Source: Chlorobaculum sp.
Lineage (GTDB): Bacteria > Bacteroidota > Chlorobiia > Chlorobiales > Chlorobiaceae
Reading direction: 5' to 3'
Assembly (NCBI GenBank): GCA_013334855.1
Contig: JAAXWU010000002.1
Span: forward strand, 3,080-67,079
DNA length: 64,000 nt
Positions 49,271 through 61,303 of the stretch are shown here, in pieces. A program made the translations under genes and the position numbers. Within the stretch, counting starts at the first letter, position 1. The number at the start of each line of letters is the position of its first letter. The notes beneath the pieces were generated by a model. The model was not told the DNA's origin and ran no database searches. It saw only the letters and a program-made list of their open reading frames with translations.

Positions 49271-50698
49271 TCAGGTACCGATTCCGGTCAGTATCGAACC
49301 TGCGATAAAGAGCGTTTTGGGAAATTTTGACTTCGTTTTCAAGTCGGATTGCATGTTATTTTCGGACAGCCAAGGTGGCAGCATTGAACGAACGAATTTC
49401 TGATCGAGCAATTGCTTCAGGCGCGCCGGATCCGTATAGGGTATTTTTACCTCCGGTTCATCGAGTACGCATCGATCTCGCGTGCGCAGATAGTCGCTGA
49501 CTCTGGATTCACATTCGCGAACCAAAGCTCTGGAACGATCGAGCTCTTTCGCAACCCTCGGAAGCGCGACTACAATCAGGGTAAAGAACAGAACCAGACT
49601 TATTCGTAAAGGGTTCAAAGACCAATTAAGCGCCGGATCCTTCATATTGACGAAAAGCGCCAGGAAATTGGCGACGAATCCGATGATGTACAGATCGAGA
49701 TAACGCGATGCCATCACATTTCAGTGACCCCGTCCATAGGCGATAATCACCATCTGCCCCAAGACCCACAGCAACAGAGCAAAAAGAAACCACGAAGGAT
49801 CACCGGCATCAGGCTTTTTACGTAACTGCCGGTACATAAATACCACCGATGGCGCATAAAATACCAGACCACCGGTCATGCTCAGCATGGAGAGCGCGAA
49901 ATCGACAAGCGACCGGCTTTTGTACGATGCATGTGCGGGAATGCTCGGAGTGAAATGAACCGAAGCAACCATCATGAGCGTGAGCATGACGATCATGATA
50001 ATCGTCGCATGAGTCCGCCGCACACCGGTGAGCCATTGAACCGCAAGCAGCGCCACGCCCGCAGCGAGGGTAATCGCGCCGGAGGCGAAAGAGAAACAGC
50101 CAAGAAGAGCTGTTGCCAGTACAGGCGCAAACCAGCCCACGATGCTCTGATTGCCGCTTCGTGTCAGCGCGCTGATGAACAGAATGCCAAACAGGATAAG
50201 AAAATAGAGTGCGGAGTTATTGAACAGGATGTTCTCCACACCCAAAGGGACAGCAAAGATGAGAGCTACAACCAGCGTCACCGGCAGCCGCGAACTCGAA
50301 TCAGGAAGCGCCCTGAGCAACGCTTGCAGCAGCAGAAGCAGCGCGACAGTGTGCAGGACGGCATTGACGGCGCTCTGAAGCATCGGATTGACGACATTGC
50401 CGCCAAGCACGAAAAGCAGCAGAGCGAGCACTCTTCCTGTAAAAATCCGATGTTCGTTATGCGGCGCAATCAGAGAAAACCAGTCCAGATTCCCCTCCAG
50501 CCACGGGCGATACAGGCGGTCGATCTCCGCATCCCACTGATCCCAGAACGGAATGGTGTTGCCATAGTTGGCGACCACAATGAATTTTATGCCTAAAACA
50601 AGCGCGAAAAAGGCGATTGCGTGAAACTGCCCTGTGCTGATGACTCGCTGTTGTGACATGCCGGTAGAGGTTTTATGAAAAAACACGGCACCCGGCAT
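49271..50698 (-). pseudogene. Polytopic GT-C-like membrane protein split by an in-frame TGA
   Basis: PFWDQW, HNEHRI motifs; ...AYGRGH-TGA(49721-49723)-NVMASRY continues in the same frame. Confidence 0.75.
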
Positions 50699-50757
50699 CA
50701 GCCGGATTCAAGCTTTACTGTATGGTACGATAAGGAAACGAAAAAGAGAGAACGGTC

Positions 50758-51654
50758 TCACCCTCTTTTCCAGCGGTTGTGCAGCCAGAACCACTCTTCG
50801 GGGCGGTTTCGAATCTCTGCTTCGAGCATTATGGTGTATCGCTCGGCCAGCGTGGCGATATTTTGTTTGCTGAAAGAGAGGTCGGAGGTATCGACCTCTC
50901 TGATTTTGATGGTATATCGTCCGTCTCCGTTGCCCAGGCAGATCACGAAGAAAAGCGGCACTTTGGCCTTGAGCGCGAAAAACGCCGGGCCGAAGTACAT
51001 CGACGCCCGCCTGCCGAGAAACTCGCCGTAATTGACGGCATCGTGATCGGACTGGTCGCCGAGAATGGACAGAAAGCCCCCCTCGCCAAGAAGCCGCAAC
51101 CCTTCCCTGAGCGCCTGGCTATGGTAGATGATGCGGTTGCCCCGCATGGTGCGGTACTCGTTCATGATGCCGTCGATGAGGCGATTGCGCAACCGCTTGA
51201 CCACGATCGCGACCGGTTCCAGCAGAAGCCCGCTTGCCATGGCCATCAGCTCCCAGTTGCCATAATGGGCCGAAACGATCACCGCGCCGCTCTTTCTTGA
51301 GTTGAACCATTGCAGAAACGCTTCGCCGTCAATATCGACCAGCGCGGCGGCATCCTCCCGGTTCCGTATGAGCGGCAGGCGAAGCACTTCGAGCAGCGAC
51401 GAGGCGACGTTCCGGTACATAGCGGTGGCGATCCGGCGGATTTCCTCCGGTGATTTTTCCGGAAATGTGAGGCCGAGGTTCCGATAGACCAGATCGCGCC
51501 GGATACCGAGGACGCGATGCATGAAATCCCCGACAAGGTCGGCAAAACGACGGGTCTGCTTCCGGCTCATCCTTCGCACCAGAACGCCGAGCAGGTTGAG
51601 CGTTTCAAACATCAATTTTTCGGAGGCCGCCTGCAACGCTTCCTTCATTTTCAT
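50758..51654 (-). CDS. Lipid A late acyltransferase (LpxL/HtrB family)
   Basis: SAHYGNWE, LGDQ, FLG, PEEWFWLHNRWK. Confidence 0.9.
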   Translation of the reverse strand: MKMKEALQAASEKLMFETLNLLGVLVRRMSRKQTRRFADLVGDFMHRVLGIRRDLVYRNLGLTFPEKSPEEIRRIATAMYRNVASSLLEVLRLPLIRNREDAAALVDIDGEAFLQWFNSRKSGAVIVSAHYGNWELMAMASGLLLEPVAIVVKRLRNRLIDGIMNEYRTMRGNRIIYHSQALREGLRLLGEGGFLSILGDQSDHDAVNYGEFLGRRASMYFGPAFFALKAKVPLFFVICLGNGDGRYTIKIREVDTSDLSFSKQNIATLAERYTIMLEAEIRNRPEEWFWLHNRWKRG

Positions 51655-51799
51655 CCGTAACCGTTTTGGGGACGATTTTGCATTTGATCCCATGATGCGC
51701 GGCGCGATACTCTCTGTCGATAGGTCACGGAAAAAGGCGGAACCGTCGAAACCTGACTGTTCAGTCTGCCCGGCAAATCGATCCATGACCGGAAAACTT

Positions 51800-52020
51800 T
51801 TCTGAAGGTACGAAACGAAGAGACAGCAGAAAACAGGAAGTTGACGGGCAGGCTCCGCAGCTTCGTGGCCGGATTTCCGGTTCGTTGCGCCTGCGAAAGC
51901 TCGCCGGAGGACGATTCCGATTTTTCAGGCTGTTCACGAATACCTTCCCGCATTATATTTGTTATGTAAATGGTATATAAGGGGGGGATCCCTCTAACGT
52001 GAAAATTCCGAATGACCGAT
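51800..52020. promoter_or_regulatory. Divergent promoter region, copy 1
   Basis: ttctgaaggtacgaaa (51800-51815), gttgacggg and tatatttg (TAnnTTTG, 51954-51961) shared with 56094-56254. Confidence 0.55.
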
Positions 52021-52427
52021 ATGCCATCCAAGCTCTGCTCCCATGACGAAATGCTCCAGAATATCCGGCGCTGGCAGGCCGACGGAGCGAAGGTTGTCTT
52101 CACCAACGGGTGCTTCGACATACTCCATGCCGGGCATGTGCGTTACCTCGCTGCTGCCCGGAGTCTGGGCGACCGGCTTGTGGTCGGGCTGAACAGCGAT
52201 GCTTCGGTCAGACGGCTCAAAGGTCCGAAGCGTCCCGTCGCGTGTGAGGCGGATCGGGCTGAGGTGCTCTCGGCGCTGCCGGCGGTCGATGCCGTGACGC
52301 TTTTTGATGACGATATGCCCGAATCGCTGATTGGCTTGCTTCTGCCGGATATTCTGGTCAAGGGTGCCGACTGGGCGGTCGAGAAGATCGCTGGTGCGTA
52401 AGCCGTCGTCGAGAACGACGGCTCCGC
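52021..52427 (+). pseudogene. Truncated rfaE2 (heptose-1-phosphate adenylyltransferase) duplicate
   Basis: Close paralog of 56305-56802; AAA->TAA at 52399-52401; homology breaks off at ~52427. Confidence 0.85.
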
Positions 52428-52434
52428 AAAACGT

Positions 52435-52639
52435 TCAAAAGCTCTCAGACTTCGCGCTGGTCAGGAAATCTGCGTAGGCTTTGGCGATACCGTCCCGCAA
52501 AGAGGTTTTCGCCTGCCAGCCAAGACTATGCATACGCTCGACATTCAGGAGCTTGCGGGGCGTGCCGTCAGGCTTGCTGGAATCGAACACGATCACTCCC
52601 CACCTCCATGACGATCTCCGCCAGTTCACGGATCGTTAC
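52435..52639 (-). pseudogene. fcl: 3' relic of GDP-L-fucose synthase
   Basis: [13 protein letters not shown] / frameshift / [18 protein letters not shown]...LGW...SLRDGI. Confidence 0.8.
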
Positions 52640-52648
52640 AGAGTTTTT

Positions 52649-53815
52649 TCAAATCGAGGCCAGCTTAACAATGGCTTCCTCTATCGGATAATGATGGTTG
52701 CCGATAAACAGACCGGAGTTGTCAATGTGTTCCGCGTTGCGTAACACGCCAGATATTTCCGAATCAAAAAACTTGATGACTTCGTTTTTTGCAAAATTCC
52801 CTGCAACGATCGGGCGACATTCAAATCCAGCCGCCTCAAGCCTGCCAACAAGTTCCTCGCGTCTGACCGGCGCTCCTGGACGAATAACGATACTGAAACC
52901 AAACCAACTGCTTTGACCGATCTCCTTCTGGATCATCATATAGGGATGACCATTCATCTTTTCCTGCAGGAGTTGTGCGTTCTGTCGTCGTAAGGCTACC
53001 ATTGCCGGCAGTTTCTTTACCTGCTCGATGCCGATTGCTCCAGACATCTCAAGCGGACGGACATTGTAACCGGGCAAAACGAACCTGAAAGATTCCTCGA
53101 AAGGATTGTCGCTTTTTTCTCCGCAAACGTGATTGAACCTGGGGAGGTTCCGCGTCCAGCCATGAGCCCTGATCGACAGGAGAATGTGATACAGTTCTTC
53201 GTCGTCCGTAACGACCAACCCACCCTCCATGGTTGAGATATGATGGGAAAAAAACGAACTGAAGCTACCCATCAAACCGTAGGTACCTGTCTTCCTGCCA
53301 TTGAATTCGGCTCCCATCGCCTCGCAGTTATCCTCGATCAGGCGAATATTCCTGCCAGCGACAATCTCGTTGATCTTTGCAAAATCGTTTGGATTACCCA
53401 GCAGATTGACCACCATGATAGCTTTTGTCCGATCAGTTATCGCTGCGGCAAGAGCATCGAGATCATAGTTCAGTGTCTCAATATCAATATCGACAAACTT
53501 TATCTTCAGACCATACTGATAAAGTGGGTAATAGGTCGTACTCCATGAAACAGCCGGCACAATAACCTCATCACCTCGCTGCAGCCTTATATCGCTATTT
53601 CTGGTGTAGAAAAGTGCGGCAATCATCAGAAGATTCGCTGATGAACCCGAGTTCACCATTACGCAATATTTGCTGCCAATAAAGGTTGCGAATTGCTTTT
53701 CGAATTCTGCTACATGCCCACCCATGGTGAACATACCAGTATCGATCACACGCTGAATAGCATCGTATTCAGCTTTGTCCCATGTCGAGGTTGCCAGAGG
53801 ATATTTAATGTTCAT
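52649..53815 (-). CDS. colD: GDP-4-keto-6-deoxymannose 3-dehydratase (ColD-type)
   Basis: DegT-fold PLP enzyme with SFFSHHISTMEGG (His in place of the Schiff-base Lys), RAHGWTR, GYNVRP. Confidence 0.85.
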   Translation of the reverse strand: MNIKYPLATSTWDKAEYDAIQRVIDTGMFTMGGHVAEFEKQFATFIGSKYCVMVNSGSSANLLMIAALFYTRNSDIRLQRGDEVIVPAVSWSTTYYPLYQYGLKIKFVDIDIETLNYDLDALAAAITDRTKAIMVVNLLGNPNDFAKINEIVAGRNIRLIEDNCEAMGAEFNGRKTGTYGLMGSFSSFFSHHISTMEGGLVVTDDEELYHILLSIRAHGWTRNLPRFNHVCGEKSDNPFEESFRFVLPGYNVRPLEMSGAIGIEQVKKLPAMVALRRQNAQLLQEKMNGHPYMMIQKEIGQSSWFGFSIVIRPGAPVRREELVGRLEAAGFECRPIVAGNFAKNEVIKFFDSEISGVLRNAEHIDNSGLFIGNHHYPIEEAIVKLASI

Positions 53816-54750
53816 AAATCAGATTTGTATTCAAGATAATACTTGTAAGTTTGCCGGATCCCGTCCAAAAGGGAAGTGGACGGTGACCATCCCCAAATGG
53901 ATTGCCGTGAAACATCAACCAGTTTCTGGCGCATACCAACCGGTTTGGTGGTATCGTGACGAAAAAACCCCGACCAGCCGATGACTTCCGCCGCTGCGGC
54001 ATAATACTCGTTCACGGAGTAATCAAATCCCAATCCAACATTCATCAGGCCCGGAAGCCTCTCCCAATCGTCGAGTCCTTTGACGATAGCATCAGCCAGA
54101 TCCCCCGAATACATGAACTCCCTTCTGGCGTAGCCATCCCCCCAGATATCCACTTCAGTAACGTCGTTGATTTTGGCAAGGTGGATTTTATGGATGATCG
54201 CAGGAATAAGATGCGAGTGCTCGGGAGAAAATTTGTCATGCCTTCCGTAGATATTGCACGGAATCATGGTTTTGTACTGAAATACGGGGTTGACCCGTGT
54301 CACGTAAGAGCACAATCGCTGAATCGCAATTTTAGCCAGCGCATACCCTTCATTTGTTGGTTCAAGCTCTCCCTTCAGTATTAATGATTCGTCGAGAGGG
54401 TTATGAGCCTCGCGTGGATACATACAGGAGCTTCCGAGATTGAGCAATTTTTTTACCCCGGCAGTTCTCGAAGCCATGACGATATTTCTGCCGAGATCGA
54501 GGTTGGTAACCAGAAAATCTACCGGTCGGGCAATGTTATCCTGAATACCTCCGACCAAACCAGCCGAATGAATGACAATATCCGGGTTTACCTTCCTGAC
54601 AAAGCATTCCGTGGCCGTATAATCGGTCAGGTCGAGTTCGCTGCTACGCGGAGCGACAAAGTTCCATGACGAGGCAAGAGGATGTTCAAGCACATTCCGG
54701 CCGACCAGGCCACCTCCGCCTGTCAGGAGTACGCATCTTTTGTCGGTCAT
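53812..54750 (-). CDS. colC: GDP-fucose synthase-like epimerase/reductase, probable GDP-colitose synthase
   Basis: GGGGLVG, VGGI, LGSSCMYP, LEPTNEGYALAK, KPVGM; between gmd and colD. Confidence 0.75.
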   Translation of the reverse strand: MTDKRCVLLTGGGGLVGRNVLEHPLASSWNFVAPRSSELDLTDYTATECFVRKVNPDIVIHSAGLVGGIQDNIARPVDFLVTNLDLGRNIVMASRTAGVKKLLNLGSSCMYPREAHNPLDESLILKGELEPTNEGYALAKIAIQRLCSYVTRVNPVFQYKTMIPCNIYGRHDKFSPEHSHLIPAIIHKIHLAKINDVTEVDIWGDGYARREFMYSGDLADAIVKGLDDWERLPGLMNVGLGFDYSVNEYYAAAAEVIGWSGFFRHDTTKPVGMRQKLVDVSRQSIWGWSPSTSLLDGIRQTYKYYLEYKSDL

Positions 54751-54752
54751 AC

Positions 54753-55835
54753 TCAGTCTTGTTGTCTGAGAGCTTTATGCCCGTGAACATTAACCTTGAG
54801 ATCGAATTGAGCTTCAAGAAAATCAGCTACCACCATCTCCTTTACCAGCTCTTCGAAACTGATTTCGGGAACCCAACCAAGCCGCTCCCGAGCTTTGGAC
54901 GCATCGCCAAGCAGCGTTTCAACCTCTGTTGGCCTGAAGTACCTCGGATCTACTTCAACAATGCAGCAACCATCAGCATCATAACCTTTTTCATCGACCC
55001 CTTCGCCTTCCCATGTGATCTTCATTTCAAGCTCGCTGGCGGCAAGTTCCACAAACTGGCGAACGCTATATTGCGCACCTGTAGCAATAACAAAATCTTC
55101 GGGTTTGTCTTGCTGGAGCATGAGCCACTGCATCTGGACATAGTCACGGGCATGACCCCAGTCACGTTTTGCATTCAGGTTGCCCAAATACAACTTTTTC
55201 TGAAGACCAAGCTTGATCCGCGCCAGCCCTCTCGTGATCTTTCTGGTGACGAAAGTTTCTCCCCTTATGGGTGATTCGTGATTGAACAGAATTCCGTTGC
55301 AGGCATACATGCCGTAAGCCTCGCGATAATTGACCGTGATCCAGTATGCATAGAGTTTCGCAACCGCATAAGGGCTTCGTGGATAAAAAGGGGTCGTCTC
55401 TTTTTGCGGGACTTCCTGAACAAGGCCGTAAAGTTCCGACGTTGAAGCCTGATAAAACCGGGTAGATTTCTCCAGACCGAGAATCCGTATGGCTTCGAGG
55501 ATTCGCAATGTTCCGAGTGCATCAGAATTAGCGGTGTACTCAGGCTCCTCGAAGCTTACCGCTACGTGGCTCTGAGCAGCAAGGTTGTAAATTTCATCTG
55601 GTTTTGTTTCCTGAATGATCCTGACGAGGGATGAGCTGTCCGTCATGTCTCCGTGGTGAAGCGTAAAGCTGTAACCTTTGTCATGCGGATCGTGAAAAAG
55701 ATGATCGATGCGGTCAGTATTAAAAAGCGAGGTACGGCGTTTGATGCCATGCACTTCATAGCCCTTGTCGAGCAACAGTTCTGCCAGATATGCTCCGTCC
55801 TGACCGGTAACCCCGGTAATCAACGCTTTCTTCAT
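54753..55835 (-). CDS. gmd: GDP-mannose 4,6-dehydratase
   Basis: [44 protein letters not shown]. Confidence 0.97.
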   Translation of the reverse strand: MKKALITGVTGQDGAYLAELLLDKGYEVHGIKRRTSLFNTDRIDHLFHDPHDKGYSFTLHHGDMTDSSSLVRIIQETKPDEIYNLAAQSHVAVSFEEPEYTANSDALGTLRILEAIRILGLEKSTRFYQASTSELYGLVQEVPQKETTPFYPRSPYAVAKLYAYWITVNYREAYGMYACNGILFNHESPIRGETFVTRKITRGLARIKLGLQKKLYLGNLNAKRDWGHARDYVQMQWLMLQQDKPEDFVIATGAQYSVRQFVELAASELEMKITWEGEGVDEKGYDADGCCIVEVDPRYFRPTEVETLLGDASKARERLGWVPEISFEELVKEMVVADFLEAQFDLKVNVHGHKALRQQD

Positions 55836-56093
55836 ACACCGTATTTTTAATATTTCTTAAATTTTAACCGACAAACTACGCCAGTCTTTTTGTGTGAAAA
55901 TCTTGCCTTCACACCGCGAACTATTGCGTATTCTTTTACTCGACGAAGGGACATCCGTTCAGACGGCAAAGGAACAATGGTCTCTGAGGATATTGTACTG
56001 CAAAAAGACGGCACATTTTTTCTTTCAAACAATGGCTCTTTGAGCGCGTCGTTGCCGGATGCCATTGACGAGACTTTTTTCAAGCAAAAAACC

Positions 56094-56304
56094 TTCTGAA
56101 GGTACGAAAAGCTGTATTAAATATAAAAACAGAAGAGTCATGCGCCTGTTGCCTTGATCTGGTGTTGACGGGAATGCATTTCGACTCAACGCAACTTAAT
56201 GCACAACTTCCTCGATTTTCAAGGTATCCACAACCGGTGATCGCATTATATTTGCAAAATAAAGGAAAATCTCTCGCTTGCGTAAAAATTACCCGCTGAC
56301 CGAT
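56094..56304. promoter_or_regulatory. Divergent promoter region, copy 2
   Basis: ttctgaaggtacgaaa (56094-56109), tatatttg (56247-56254). Confidence 0.55.
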
Positions 56305-56802
56305 ATGCCATCCAAGCTCTGCTCCCATGACGAAATGCTCCTGAATATCCGGCGCTGGCAGGCCGACGGAGAGAAGGTTGTCTTCACCAACGGTTGCTTC
56401 GATATTCTCCATGCCGGCCATGTGCGCTACCTCGCCGCCGCCCGCCAGCTCGGAGATCGGCTCGTGGTCGGTCTGAACACCGACGCTTCGGTGAGGCGGC
56501 TCAAAGGCCCGAAACGTCCCGTCGCGTGTGAGGCGGATCGGGCCGAGGTGCTCTCGGCGCTCGGGGCGGTCGATGCCGTGACGCTCTTCGACGACGATAC
56601 GCCCGAGGCGCTGATTGGCATGTTGCTGCCGGATATTCTGGTCAAGGGGGCCGACTGGGCGGTCGAGAATATCGCCGGGGCGAAAGCGGTCATCGAGCAC
56701 GGCGGCTCCGTGCTGACCGTGCCGCTCGTCGAAGGGCGCTCCACGACCGGCATCATCGAGACCATCGTTCAACTTCATTGCCCTCGACAAAGTGGTCGAT
56801 AG
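56305..56802 (+). CDS. rfaE2: D-glycero-beta-D-manno-heptose 1-phosphate adenylyltransferase
   Basis: [35 protein letters not shown]. Confidence 0.92.
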   Translation: MPSKLCSHDEMLLNIRRWQADGEKVVFTNGCFDILHAGHVRYLAAARQLGDRLVVGLNTDASVRRLKGPKRPVACEADRAEVLSALGAVDAVTLFDDDTPEALIGMLLPDILVKGADWAVENIAGAKAVIEHGGSVLTVPLVEGRSTTGIIETIVQLHCPRQSGR

Positions 56803-59800
56803 AATCAAAAAAATCAGCTTTTTCGTGATGACCGCCGCTTCGGCTGTCATTATCGTGCTCTGCATCGCTGCCGCGCTGGCGCTCAACAGCGGCATGGTGG
56901 ATGATTTCGCCAAAAAGCAGGTGTTGTCGCTTTTCAACGACGAGTACCGTGGACGGCTCGAACTGAAGGCGGTGCGGCTCCGCTTCCCCGACGAGGTCAC
57001 GCTCGTCGCTCCTTCCATCTTCGAGGAAAATGCCGCGCAACCGGCGGCCCGTGCACAGAGCATCACCCTGAAGTTCAATTTTCTTTCGCTGCTCAGGCCG
57101 AAAATCACCATGCTCTCGTTCCGGGAGGTCAATGTTGACGGCATCCGGGCAAGCATCGTCGAGCTTCCCGACGGAAAGCTCAACATCGCAAAAATCTTCA
57201 CCAGAAAGCATCCCGAAAAGCCGGAAGTCCTCGCTATCGGGAAGTTCCGCGCCAGAGAGCTGAGAGTCAGAAACGGCTCCGTATCGTGGAAGCCGAAAAA
57301 TTCGCCCGCTTACCGGCTTACCGGTCTCACGCTCGATATGACCAAGGTGTTTGTCGCCAAATACCAGTTCATGGGAACGATCCGGCAGATGCGGTTTGCC
57401 ATGCCCGACCGCGGGCTGACGGTAAAAAAAGGCTCCGGGGCGCTGGCGTTTTCATCGGTGAGCAGCGACGTGATCGGCCTCGACCTCGAAACCGCCAAAA
57501 GCCATGCCAGGCTGTCGATCTCCGTCGATGGACTCGACATCTTCTCCGGCATCTCGAAAAAGAGTCTGCTGCAAAACAAGACCTTCGTCCATGTCGAATC
57601 GATGAGCGTCGATACTTCGGAGCTGAACCGCCTGATACCGGTTCCGTCGCTTCCGGCTGGCGTGTATACGATCAAAGGGGACGCGAAGGGCACTCTCGGC
57701 GACCTCGAAATCCTGCCGACAACCATCGCGCAGGATGGCAGCCACATCGCTTTCAAGGGCGAGATGCTCAACCTCCTCGAACCGAAAAGCCTCTCGTTCA
57801 ATCTGCAAATCGGCAAATCGGCGCTCTCTCCGGTATTGCTCTCGCAGATGCTCGACGACGAGCGCTACCGGAAGCTCGCCCGGGAGGCGGGTGAAATCAC
57901 CTTCAGCGGCATGGTGCGGGGACGGCTCGATCAGTGGAAAAGCGATATCGATTTCAAAACCGCCATCGGGAGCGGAAAAACCGCGTTCGAGACCAAGCGG
58001 CTGGCTGAAAAGCGCTATCAGGCCGCAGGAACCTTCACGCTCGAAAAAACCGAACCGCACCGCTTCCTCGGCATCGCGCAGGTCAGGAGCGGATTCTCCG
58101 GATCGGGAGCGTTCAGCGGCACCTTCAGCGGAAGCGACCTCGAGAACGCTCATGTCGAGGCATCGATAAAGAGCGCCTTCTGGCAGCAGCAGACGATTTC
58201 GTCGGGATCGGTCACGCTCGACTTCGTCGGCAAGAAGCTCGATCTTTCGACCGACCTCAAAAGCCCGGAGGGGGGCAGCCTCGTCATGGCGGGGATCATC
58301 GATTTCTCGACCCCCGCGCCGTCGTACGAGGCGGGAGGCACGGTCAGAAAGCTCGATCTGTCGAAAGCCAGCGGCCTTCAGGAGTACCGGAGCGATCTGA
58401 ATGGCCGGTTCGACTTGAAGGGGCAGGGGCTGGATCTGGCTTCGCTGAACCTCAAGACAAGCATGGTGCTGGAGCCGTCGTCCTTCAGCGATTTCCGCTT
58501 CCGGGAGCGCTCGACGGTGTCGGCGAGCATCGCGCAGAGCGCCGACGCATCCACTGTGTCGTTCGAGAGCGAGGCGTTCGACCTCTCGCTGCAGGGCAAC
58601 GCCTCCCTGGCGCAGATGCTTGAAACGTTGCGAACGGTTTCTTCCTGTATCGCAAAGGAGACCGGCAGCGTTTCAGCCGCGTCATTCCCGAGCGGAGCGT
58701 CACCCTATGCGTTCAACTACAAAATCACCGTGCGCGACTTCACGCCGCTCAGGCCCCTGTTTTCGGCAAGAGAGTTTCAGTTTACCGGCTCGGCCACCGG
58801 CAAGTCTGCTTATGCTGGAGGCCGTTTCTCGCTCGACGCGAACATTTCCGGTGCCTCGATTTCCAGCGGGCCGTCGCTGCGCATGGATAGCGCCTCGATG
58901 ACCGGATCGATGCAGTGCGCGGCAGATGGCGTCGAGGCTGCGCGACTCTCTGGCGCGGCGGGATCGATGAGCCTGTTCGGCAGAGAGCTGAACAGCCTGC
59001 GCCTGAATGCATCGTATGACAACGACCGGCTCGTCGCCTCGCTCGATCTCGCCATGCCGCGGTTAGCCGAAAAACTCAGCGCGTCCATCACGGCCCGGCG
59101 CTCCGGCAACCTCACCACGGTCTCCATCGACAGCCTCGCGCTCACCACCCCGAAGGGGGTCTGGCAAAGCGCGCCCGGCGGTACGCTCGACGTGGCCAAA
59201 GAGTCTGTCCGGTTCAACAGCGTCCGGTTCGCCAAGGGAACTCAGTCGCTGCAACTCGACGGCCTGCTCAGCAACACCGTGCCCGGAACCTTCCGGGGAA
59301 CGCTCTTCGGCATCGATCTGGCCGAAGCGAAGTATTTCTGGCTCGATCCCGCGCTGAAGCCGATGAGCGGCACGGTGAACGCGAATTTCACGGTCAGCGG
59401 CACGCCCGGCGCGAAGACGAGCGACCTCGACCTGAAAGGCTCCGGCGTGAGCTATGACGAACTGAAGATCGGCGCGGTGCATCTGACGGCCCGCCACCTC
59501 GGCGAACTGATGCGTTTCGAGTACGAAAGTCGAGGCGCGGCAAGCGCTTCGGCGGTGTCGGCCAACACCATCGCTGGTTCCGGCTCGATCCCGCTGGTGC
59601 TGAACTACTCGAAGCCAGAGCTCAGGATACCCGAAAACCGCCCAATCAGCGTCTCCATGCATTCGGACGACCTGTCAGCCAGAATCGTCACCTTTCTCGT
59701 TCCGATCTTCGACTATGCTGAAGGGGTCATACCGACCAGCCTGCGCGTCACCGGCGCGATGCCGAAGCCGGAGATATTCCTGACGACGCAACTTCGGGAT

Positions 59801-61303
59801 ACGACGATCCGGGTGGCCCCGACGCAGGTCGCCTACCGGGTCAATGGCAAGATCACCGGTACGCCATCGCGCATCGATCTTGGCCGCATCGAACTGAACG
59901 ATTCGCAGAAAGGCAGCGGCGCAGTCAGCGGCATGATCGGTCTCGACGGTCTGAAGCCCGTCACAGTCAACATTGGCGGCTCGTTCCGAAATCTGCTGCT
60001 CTACAGCAAAAAGGATATGAAGGACGACACCTCGTTCGGTACGATCACCGGTACGACCGACAACCTCCGTTTCTACGGCGACCTGACCGCACCGACCGCC
60101 GAGGGCGACCTGATGGTGACTTCTGCCAACTTCAGCCTCTACCGCAAAGGATCGAGCGAGAGCGCCAAGTACATCGGCGTCGATAAATTCATCAAATTCG
60201 TGCCGCGTCGTCCGTCACAGAAACCGGCGGCAACCGTCGCGGCTCCGTCTGCGGGTTATCCACAGTTTCATTTCAATCTGCTCGACATCATGCAGATCAG
60301 AAACCTCCGGCTCACGTGCAACACGCCGATCAAAGGCAGCATGATCTTCGACCGGGTCCGGGGCGAGCGGATCGAGGCGGCCCTGAACAACCTTTCGCTT
60401 TTGGTCAACAAGACGGGGCAGCGATACAGCCTCTTCGGATCGGTCGATATTACCGGCGGCAAATACAACTTCTCGAACACGAACTTCGATCTCGAAAACA
60501 GCGGGCGGCTGTCGTGGAACAACGAAGAGATCAGGGAGGGCCGCCTGATCGACATCTATGGCGGCAAACTGGTGACGGCCACCGACGTCCAGACCGGAGA
60601 GCGCGACAACGTCAAACTGCTCATCGCCGTCAGCGGCACCATCGAAAAACCGAACGTCCGCATGGGCTACTACCTGAACGACGATCCTCAGCCCTACTCG
60701 GCGGTCAATATGATCGGCCGCCAGGCGAGCCACGTCGATGCGAACGCCGACCTGAACGTCATCTCCCTGCTCTTTTCGAGGCAATGGTACCTCAACCCGG
60801 AACGGCAGACATCGAGAGGCGTCAACCCCGTATCGAGCGTCGGCTTTTCCGCCGGTACCGGCCTGCTCTCCTCGCAGGTCTCGAACATCGTGCAGAATCT
60901 TGCCGGGCTGGAGAGCTTCAACTTCAACCTCGGTACCAGCGCGAAAGGCAACCTGAGCGGCCTGGAGCTGAACTACGCGATGCTCGTGCCGGGCACCAAC
61001 GGCAAAATCCGGTTTGTCGGCACCAACCGAACGCCCGTTTCGGGAAGCACTAATACCACGAACGACTATTATGCCGGTTCGTCGCAGAAAATCGAGTACC
61101 GTGTCTCCCCGAAGGTCTACGTCGAGGCGTTCCGCTCCGATGGCATGAGCAGCAATGACGCCGCCTACACCAACCTGCAGAAGCCGAGCGAGAACTGGGG
61201 GGCCAGCGTATCGTATCGCGAGAAGTTCCACACCTGGAGCCAGTTCTGGGATCATCTGTTCGACGGAAAAAAGAAGGAACCGGAGAAGAGCAAGCAAGAG
61301 TGA
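56792..61303 (+). CDS. TamB/AsmA-like translocation and assembly module protein
   Basis: N-terminal TM anchor, ~1500 aa of beta-rich repeats, DUF490-like C-terminus. Confidence 0.75.
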   Translation: MVDRIKKISFFVMTAASAVIIVLCIAAALALNSGMVDDFAKKQVLSLFNDEYRGRLELKAVRLRFPDEVTLVAPSIFEENAAQPAARAQSITLKFNFLSLLRPKITMLSFREVNVDGIRASIVELPDGKLNIAKIFTRKHPEKPEVLAIGKFRARELRVRNGSVSWKPKNSPAYRLTGLTLDMTKVFVAKYQFMGTIRQMRFAMPDRGLTVKKGSGALAFSSVSSDVIGLDLETAKSHARLSISVDGLDIFSGISKKSLLQNKTFVHVESMSVDTSELNRLIPVPSLPAGVYTIKGDAKGTLGDLEILPTTIAQDGSHIAFKGEMLNLLEPKSLSFNLQIGKSALSPVLLSQMLDDERYRKLAREAGEITFSGMVRGRLDQWKSDIDFKTAIGSGKTAFETKRLAEKRYQAAGTFTLEKTEPHRFLGIAQVRSGFSGSGAFSGTFSGSDLENAHVEASIKSAFWQQQTISSGSVTLDFVGKKLDLSTDLKSPEGGSLVMAGIIDFSTPAPSYEAGGTVRKLDLSKASGLQEYRSDLNGRFDLKGQGLDLASLNLKTSMVLEPSSFSDFRFRERSTVSASIAQSADASTVSFESEAFDLSLQGNASLAQMLETLRTVSSCIAKETGSVSAASFPSGASPYAFNYKITVRDFTPLRPLFSAREFQFTGSATGKSAYAGGRFSLDANISGASISSGPSLRMDSASMTGSMQCAADGVEAARLSGAAGSMSLFGRELNSLRLNASYDNDRLVASLDLAMPRLAEKLSASITARRSGNLTTVSIDSLALTTPKGVWQSAPGGTLDVAKESVRFNSVRFAKGTQSLQLDGLLSNTVPGTFRGTLFGIDLAEAKYFWLDPALKPMSGTVNANFTVSGTPGAKTSDLDLKGSGVSYDELKIGAVHLTARHLGELMRFEYESRGAASASAVSANTIAGSGSIPLVLNYSKPELRIPENRPISVSMHSDDLSARIVTFLVPIFDYAEGVIPTSLRVTGAMPKPEIFLTTQLRDTTIRVAPTQVAYRVNGKITGTPSRIDLGRIELNDSQKGSGAVSGMIGLDGLKPVTVNIGGSFRNLLLYSKKDMKDDTSFGTITGTTDNLRFYGDLTAPTAEGDLMVTSANFSLYRKGSSESAKYIGVDKFIKFVPRRPSQKPAATVAAPSAGYPQFHFNLLDIMQIRNLRLTCNTPIKGSMIFDRVRGERIEAALNNLSLLVNKTGQRYSLFGSVDITGGKYNFSNTNFDLENSGRLSWNNEEIREGRLIDIYGGKLVTATDVQTGERDNVKLLIAVSGTIEKPNVRMGYYLNDDPQPYSAVNMIGRQASHVDANADLNVISLLFSRQWYLNPERQTSRGVNPVSSVGFSAGTGLLSSQVSNIVQNLAGLESFNFNLGTSAKGNLSGLELNYAMLVPGTNGKIRFVGTNRTPVSGSTNTTNDYYAGSSQKIEYRVSPKVYVEAFRSDGMSSNDAAYTNLQKPSENWGASVSYREKFHTWSQFWDHLFDGKKKEPEKSKQE

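Noticed and set aside
49721-49723. In-frame TGA as selenocysteine
   Set aside because: Loop of a membrane protein with no redox-Cys context and no obvious SECIS hairpin; a nonsense mutation is simpler
55847-56083. 78-aa ORF upstream of gmd
   Set aside because: Lies in the duplicated leader region with weak similarity to the lpxL upstream sequence; probably non-coding
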